A DNA stretch of 45,605 nt from a virus. Its lineage: Duplodnaviria; Heunggongvirae; Uroviricota; Caudoviricetes. Location of the stretch: the IMG/VR virus record IMGVR_UViG_2932604667_000002, positions 81,261-126,865 of that record. One strand, written 5' to 3'. The notes under the pieces were generated by a model. That model made no database searches, was not told the DNA's origin, and saw only the letters and a program-made list of their open reading frames with translations. This document shows, in pieces, positions 41,228-45,605 of the stretch (position 1 is its first letter; each line of letters opens with the position of its first letter). The translations under genes and the position numbers were made by a program.

Positions 41228-42805
41228 ATGAGCAAGTTCAACAATGACGCCCTGCAGGTCGTCGCCCCCACCGGGCCGATCACCTCCGAGCAGACCGCGA
41301 CCGCCACCACCCACCAGGGCGCCCCCGGCTTCCGCCGCGACCCCCACAGCGAGCTGTTCCTGCTCGCCGTCACCAACTTCGTCTCCGAAGACACCGCCTA
41401 CGAGACCGGCACCCAGCGCAACCATCGCTTCCGCGACCTCGTCCGCCAGCTCGCCATCAGCGACCCGGACTGGCTGGCCCGGATGATCCGCTGGCTGCGC
41501 GCCGAGGCCGGCATGCGCTCCGCGGCCGTCGTCGCCGCGGCTGAGGTCGTCCACGCCCGCATCGGCGGCGAGCTGCACGGCCACTCCCGCGCCGTCGTCG
41601 CCGACGCCCTGCAGCGCGCTGACGAGCCAGGCGAGATCCTGGCCTACTGGTTCGCCACGTACGGCCGCAACCTGCCGATCCCGCTCAAGCGCGGAATCGC
41701 GGACGCGGTGTTCCGGCTCTACAACGAGCGCGCCCTCCTGAAGTACGACAACCCCACCAAGCCGATCCGGTTCGGTGACGTCATCGAGCTCGTCCAGCCG
41801 CGCTACCACGCCAAGGCGTACGGGACCTGGCGCGACAGCCTGTTCCGGTACGCCATCGAACGCCGCCACGGCCGGGGCAACCCCATCCCCGAGGGGCTCC
41901 CCGTCCTCCGGGCGCACGCCGACCTGTACTCCATCCCGGTCGAGCAGCGCCGCACCTTCCTCGACCGCGAGCACGCCGCCGAGATGCTGGCCCGCGCCGG
42001 CGTCACCTGGGAATCCCTGGCAGCCTGGCTTCAGGGGCCGATGGACGCCCGCGCCTGGGCGACGATCATCCCGTCCATGGGAGTGTTCGCTCTCGTCCGG
42101 AATCTGAGGAACTTCGACAAGGCGGGCCTGTCCGACGAGGACGCCGCCACCGTCATCACTCGGCTCACCGACGCCGCCGCCGTACGGCGCTCCCGCGTGC
42201 TCCCTCTGCGGTTCCTGGCCGCCTACCGGGCCGCCCCCTCGCTCCGCTGGGCCTGGCCGCTCCAGCAGGCCATGGACCACTCGCTCGACAACCTGCCGCT
42301 GCTCGCCGGCCGGACCCTGATCCTCGTCGACCAGTCCGGCTCCATGGACAACCGCCTGGGCCGGCAGAGCGAGCTCACCCGGGCGGACGCCGCCGCCGCG
42401 TTCGGCTCCGCCCTGGCCGTACGGGCGCAGCACGCCGACCTCTACCAGTTCGGGTACGAGCACGACCGCGTCGAGTTCCATCGCGCCGACTCCACGCTCA
42501 GGATCCTGGGCCAGTTCCGCGGCATGGGCGGCACCGAAACCGCGGCCGCGGTCCGCGCCACCTACGACGGCCACGACAGGGTCGTCATCCTCACCGACGA
42601 GCAGGCGAACGGCGGCTGGGGAGGAGCGAACCCGACCATGCTCGTCCCGGACAACATCCCGGTCTACACCTGGAACCTGGCCGGATACGAGCACGGCCAC
42701 GGCGCCGACGGCCCGAACCGCTACACCTTCGGCGGCCTGTCAGACAAGGGCTTCGAGATGATCCCGCTGCTGGAGCGCGGCGTCCAGGGCGACTGGCCGT
42801 TCTGA
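41228..42805 (+). CDS. rsr: Ro60/TROVE domain RNA-binding protein with vWA domain
   Basis: ELFLLAV.NF..E..YE, ALVRNLRNFD, RSRVLPLRFLAAY, TLILVDQSGSM (MIDAS), GGTET, DRVVILTDEQ, WNLAGY. Confidence 0.95.
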   Translation: MSKFNNDALQVVAPTGPITSEQTATATTHQGAPGFRRDPHSELFLLAVTNFVSEDTAYETGTQRNHRFRDLVRQLAISDPDWLARMIRWLRAEAGMRSAAVVAAAEVVHARIGGELHGHSRAVVADALQRADEPGEILAYWFATYGRNLPIPLKRGIADAVFRLYNERALLKYDNPTKPIRFGDVIELVQPRYHAKAYGTWRDSLFRYAIERRHGRGNPIPEGLPVLRAHADLYSIPVEQRRTFLDREHAAEMLARAGVTWESLAAWLQGPMDARAWATIIPSMGVFALVRNLRNFDKAGLSDEDAATVITRLTDAAAVRRSRVLPLRFLAAYRAAPSLRWAWPLQQAMDHSLDNLPLLAGRTLILVDQSGSMDNRLGRQSELTRADAAAAFGSALAVRAQHADLYQFGYEHDRVEFHRADSTLRILGQFRGMGGTETAAAVRATYDGHDRVVILTDEQANGGWGGANPTMLVPDNIPVYTWNLAGYEHGHGADGPNRYTFGGLSDKGFEMIPLLERGVQGDWPF

Positions 42806-42815
42806 ACACAAGAGA

Positions 42816-42843
42816 AGGCCCGGCGGACCAGGCCGCCGGGCCT
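42816..42843. terminator. Hairpin terminator between convergent TROVE and toxin genes
   Basis: 11-bp stem AGGCCCGGCGG/CCGCCGGGCCT. Confidence 0.7.
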
Positions 42844-42858
42844 CCCCTGCAACTTGCT

Positions 42859-43206
42859 CTACTCGCCGTCAGCGAAGCTGAACGCCGCCCGTACAGCGGC
42901 ACGCAACCGCTTCCGAGCGTCGGGATCGGTGATCTCACCGACCTTCTCTCCCAGCCGAGACAGGGAGATCGTCGACAGGTAGTCCATCAACGCGAAACCC
43001 TCATCACCGAGGGGCGTGACGAACAGCAGGGACGTGGTTCGCACGTCCGGCTCCAGCTCCACCACGATCACGGCGTTGCCGACGACCGTGTGGAAAAGAC
43101 GACTGGACACGACAACTCGCCGCACCCACCGCCCGTCGTATTCGCGCCGCGCCCGGAAGATCTCACCGAACGCCGGGGGAGAGGCGCGTCTGGACGGATC
43201 ACTCAC
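42859..43206 (-). CDS. PemK/MazF-like toxin
   Basis: GEIF..., RRVVVSS...NAVIVV, ALMDYLSTISLSRLGEKVGEI, RLRAAVR follow the PemK fold pattern. Confidence 0.68.
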   Translation of the reverse strand: MSDPSRRASPPAFGEIFRARREYDGRWVRRVVVSSRLFHTVVGNAVIVVELEPDVRTTSLLFVTPLGDEGFALMDYLSTISLSRLGEKVGEITDPDARKRLRAAVRAAFSFADGE

Positions 43207-43463
43207 GCGGCGCCACGCACCTCGCGAGCTCCCCGGTCCGCGGCCTCCTCAGCGAGCCGGATCTTCTCGGCCCGCCTGCCCGTACGGCCCAGCCGTTCCA
43301 TCTCCTCCTGGAACGTGGGGGCGTCGTGCTCGGCGATGGCCTGCATCGCCGCTCGGTCGTAGAACTCCGACGGTGATACGCCGATGGCCTCGGCCACCCG
43401 CGCGACCTGCTCACGAACCGACGCCTGGAGGTACAGCGTCGCTTTCTCCTTCTCGCCGCTCAT
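43203..43463 (-). CDS. Ribbon-helix-helix antitoxin
   Basis: KATLYLQASVREQVARVAEAIGVSPSEFYDRAA; GTGA coupling with toxin. Confidence 0.75.
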   Translation of the reverse strand: MSGEKEKATLYLQASVREQVARVAEAIGVSPSEFYDRAAMQAIAEHDAPTFQEEMERLGRTGRRAEKIRLAEEAADRGAREVRGAA

Positions 43464-43512
43464 ACCGCCAAAATATACGTACAGCCGCCACTGCGCAGTA
43501 GGGATCGGCGCC

Positions 43513-44682
43513 CTATCCGAAGAACACACGCTGCCGGGGCGCGGTCTCGACGCTGGCCCATGCCTTAGCGAAGCCAGGGCCGACCTTGTCGGCGACCACG
43601 GCGGGGGCTGGCACTAAGGCGTGCCAGGCGCTGGGGAAGTACACGTTGAGGCGAGACAGCATGGCCCGTCGATGCCCGCCGTCACGATCGACCATGACGT
43701 CGAGTTCGACGGCCTGCTGCTGCAGCTCGGCGAGCATCTCCGCGCGCGTGCCCTCCGCCAGGCGAACCACGCTGCGGACCGCGTTGGCCGGCCGGGTGAT
43801 GTCGTCCTCACGGGCACGGAACACCCGGCGCACGTCGTACAGCGCCCACGGCTGGGCGTCGAGGTGACGCTCGAACTGCTCCAGCAGGTCACGTGAGCCC
43901 GGGGTGTTGGCGAGCAGGTCGTACAGCCGCTCACCGGCGATCAGCCCCTGCTTCGGGTTGAGCGCGACCGCGACGTGCTCCATCAGCAGCGCCTGCATGG
44001 CCTCGCCGGGGTTGGCCAGGTACCGCGGAATGGTCCGCTCCTTGCCCGCCTGGGTGGTCAGGGCGAAGGGACAGAAGACACACGCGCTCTTGATCCACGC
44101 CACGCCGAGCTGGGCCAGGATGTAGTGCTCACATGTGAGCCTGTCCCAACCCCACTCGATCAGGGGGTAGACCGGCATCCGGCCCGGCACCTTCCCCTCG
44201 CGCTGGTCCCGGTGCATCCTCTTGACCTCGCCAGCCTCGAACCCGACGGCGTGGATGAACGGCTCGCCCTGGGTGTGCTGCGCGATCCACTGGTCGAGGA
44301 CCCAGCCTTTGAACTGCAGGCTGCACAGCCGCTTCCCGCCCGTCTGGGGGACGGTGCCGATGGTGAGCATGTCCTTGGCCAGGGTGTAGCTGCCGGAGAT
44401 GTGGCACCGGCTCGGTGAGCGGGTGTCGGACAGTACGACGATCCCGTCTGTGTCCGACTCGCCGGCGCGGGCGACCTGGACCGTGCGCACACCGCGCGCT
44501 GTGAGCAGGGGATAGATGTGCCGGTCGACCAGGTCGCCGGTCTTGTCCCACTCGCCTCCGGTCTGGGCGGTGATGACGACGAGGTCCTTCAGGTCGCAGG
44601 GGCAGGTCTCGGGCTCCAGCAGCCAGCGGAGCAGGATCGCGGTGCTGTCGACGCCGAGGCCGTACGAGAGGATGACCTTCAT
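43513..44682 (-). CDS. PP-loop / PAPS-reductase-like (adenine nucleotide alpha hydrolase) protein
   Basis: ILSYGLGVDST PP-loop, RLCSLQFKG, YPLIEWGWDR..C, KSACVFCPF. Confidence 0.78.
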   Translation of the reverse strand: MKVILSYGLGVDSTAILLRWLLEPETCPCDLKDLVVITAQTGGEWDKTGDLVDRHIYPLLTARGVRTVQVARAGESDTDGIVVLSDTRSPSRCHISGSYTLAKDMLTIGTVPQTGGKRLCSLQFKGWVLDQWIAQHTQGEPFIHAVGFEAGEVKRMHRDQREGKVPGRMPVYPLIEWGWDRLTCEHYILAQLGVAWIKSACVFCPFALTTQAGKERTIPRYLANPGEAMQALLMEHVAVALNPKQGLIAGERLYDLLANTPGSRDLLEQFERHLDAQPWALYDVRRVFRAREDDITRPANAVRSVVRLAEGTRAEMLAELQQQAVELDVMVDRDGGHRRAMLSRLNVYFPSAWHALVPAPAVVADKVGPGFAKAWASVETAPRQRVFFG

Positions 44683-44999
44683 TGCGGGCGCACCACCTGC
44701 ATGACCTCGGTCGCTGCGGAGACCAGGATGTTCCCCCACAGCAGGGCGGTTACGGCCGTCCCACGGTGGCTCCATGCCTGTTCCAGAGTGACCGGATACC
44801 AGCGGGTCGGGTCGTACCGGCAGTCACTCGCTCTCGGCCGGACGTACACCGTCGCGGCCTCCAGGTCGGCCAGTGGGACGGTGGCCATCAAGGTCTTGAA
44901 GTCGGAAGGGCCGACGACGGCGACGGTTTCGCCGGTCTGGACCTGGAACAGCAGGTCGTCGGCGTCGTGGTCGGCGACGGTCACAGCCGATGCGTGCAT
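44679..44999 (-). CDS. Hypothetical protein (first gene after E6)
   Basis: AGGAG + ATG 44999; ATGA coupling to next gene. Confidence 0.7.
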   Translation of the reverse strand: MHASAVTVADHDADDLLFQVQTGETVAVVGPSDFKTLMATVPLADLEAATVYVRPRASDCRYDPTRWYPVTLEQAWSHRGTAVTALLWGNILVSAATEVMQVVRPQ

Positions 45000-45015
45000 G
45001 GACATCTCCTGTCGT

Positions 45016-45071
45016 GTCGGGTCGCTCTCCCAACACCTCTGAATGTACAGGTATCTAAGTCACGTGGCCAA
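45016..45071 (-). promoter_or_regulatory. Repeated early cassette E6
   Basis: TTGGCC-18-TACATT, palindrome variant TACCTGTA, full leader. Confidence 0.82.
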
Positions 45072-45080
45072 AGAGTCGTG

Positions 45081-45605
45081 TCACCGGTCGCGTCCCTGAC
45101 GGAACCAGCGTGCCAGGGTCCAGCCGTACTCCTGACTGCCGACACCGTAGACGTTGGCGACGATCGCGACGTCCTGGCTGGTAGGCCCGAACCGGTAGTC
45201 GGCGCCGGGAGAGCCCGAGTAGGGGCAGACCTTGGCGACGATGGCAGCGGCGTGCTTCACCTTCACAGATGCCGTGATCGGCTCCTGGGTGGTGAGCTCC
45301 TGCGTGGGCACCTCGCGGCCGTGCTCGTCCGTGGTGACGTAGCGGGTGATGGTGGCTGTCTTGGCCCTCCCGATGTTGGCGACCAGGTGGTCGAGGCGGA
45401 CCGCGAGTGTGTCCAGGGTGCCCAACTCGTCGAGGATGTGGATCCGGTGGTAGCCAGCGACGGCGTGGTAGATCCCGACTACCTCGATGAAGTGCCAGAC
45501 GCGGGTGCGGTCATTGGCGTACTGCAGCCGGATCTCGTCGCCGGCCTCCAGGTCGGCCCACTTTGCGTCGGCGGGGAGTGTGGATGCGTGCTCGGTGATG
45601 GTCAC
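45081..45605 (-). CDS. Hypothetical protein, possibly 5'-truncated by window end
   Basis: GTG at last bases; N-terminus similar to 18553-18843. Confidence 0.7.
   Translation of the reverse strand: MTITEHASTLPADAKWADLEAGDEIRLQYANDRTRVWHFIEVVGIYHAVAGYHRIHILDELGTLDTLAVRLDHLVANIGRAKTATITRYVTTDEHGREVPTQELTTQEPITASVKVKHAAAIVAKVCPYSGSPGADYRFGPTSQDVAIVANVYGVGSQEYGWTLARWFRQGRDR

Larger units (their letters stand above)
1..45605. mobile_element. Actinobacterial siphovirus-type phage / prophage segment
   Basis: Terminase, portal, protease, capsid, tail tube, tape measure and minor tail genes in canonical order on the minus strand, interleaved with small accessory genes; no host housekeeping operons. 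Confidence 0.95.

Noticed and set aside
15836-45071. Repeated ~55-bp sequence as a CRISPR array or integron attC sites
   Set aside because: Copies are kilobases apart in both orientations, contain -35/-10 boxes and precede RBSs; no cas or integron integrase in window
1-45605. Integrase/att site, reverse transcriptase or DGR, endolysin
   Set aside because: No catalytic motifs or TR/VR repeat pair seen; these may lie outside the window, so lifestyle cannot be determined

Overview
The whole window is part of a high-GC actinobacterial siphovirus-type phage, prophage or phage-plasmid genome. No integrase, att site or replicase is visible. The minus strand carries a complete morphogenesis set: terminase, portal-MuF fusion, prohead protease, HK97-type capsid, head-tail connectors, major tail, frameshifted tail chaperones, tape measure with NlpC/P60, Dit/Tal-like and minor tail proteins, and membrane/lysis-type genes. 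This late region is split into many sub-operons by inserted accessory cassettes. Two dispersed regulatory motif families can be read from the sequence. (1) 13 copies of a phage-specific late promoter, CGAC(C/G)NNN-N15-(T/C/G)AnnnT, each in front of a virion or late gene. (2) 6 full copies and 1 partial copy of a ~55-bp housekeeping-type promoter with a TACCGGTA palindrome and a conserved leader, each in front of a small-gene cassette. The most notable non-coding elements are a Ro60/TROVE gene preceded by three tandem Y-RNA-like elements (one a full circularly permuted tRNA mimic, YrlA-like), and a ~365-nt highly structured region between protease and capsid genes that may be transcribed antisense from a palindromic bidirectional late promoter. 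Accessory proteins include a late-promoter-driven zeta-toxin-family kinase with a convergent small acidic partner, an RNase AS-like exonuclease, a PemK/MazF-RHH pair, DnaN, GntR-UTRA with two GNATs, a PP-loop/PAPS-reductase-like protein and an HNH endonuclease. All assignments come from reading motifs by eye; no searches or folding programs were run.
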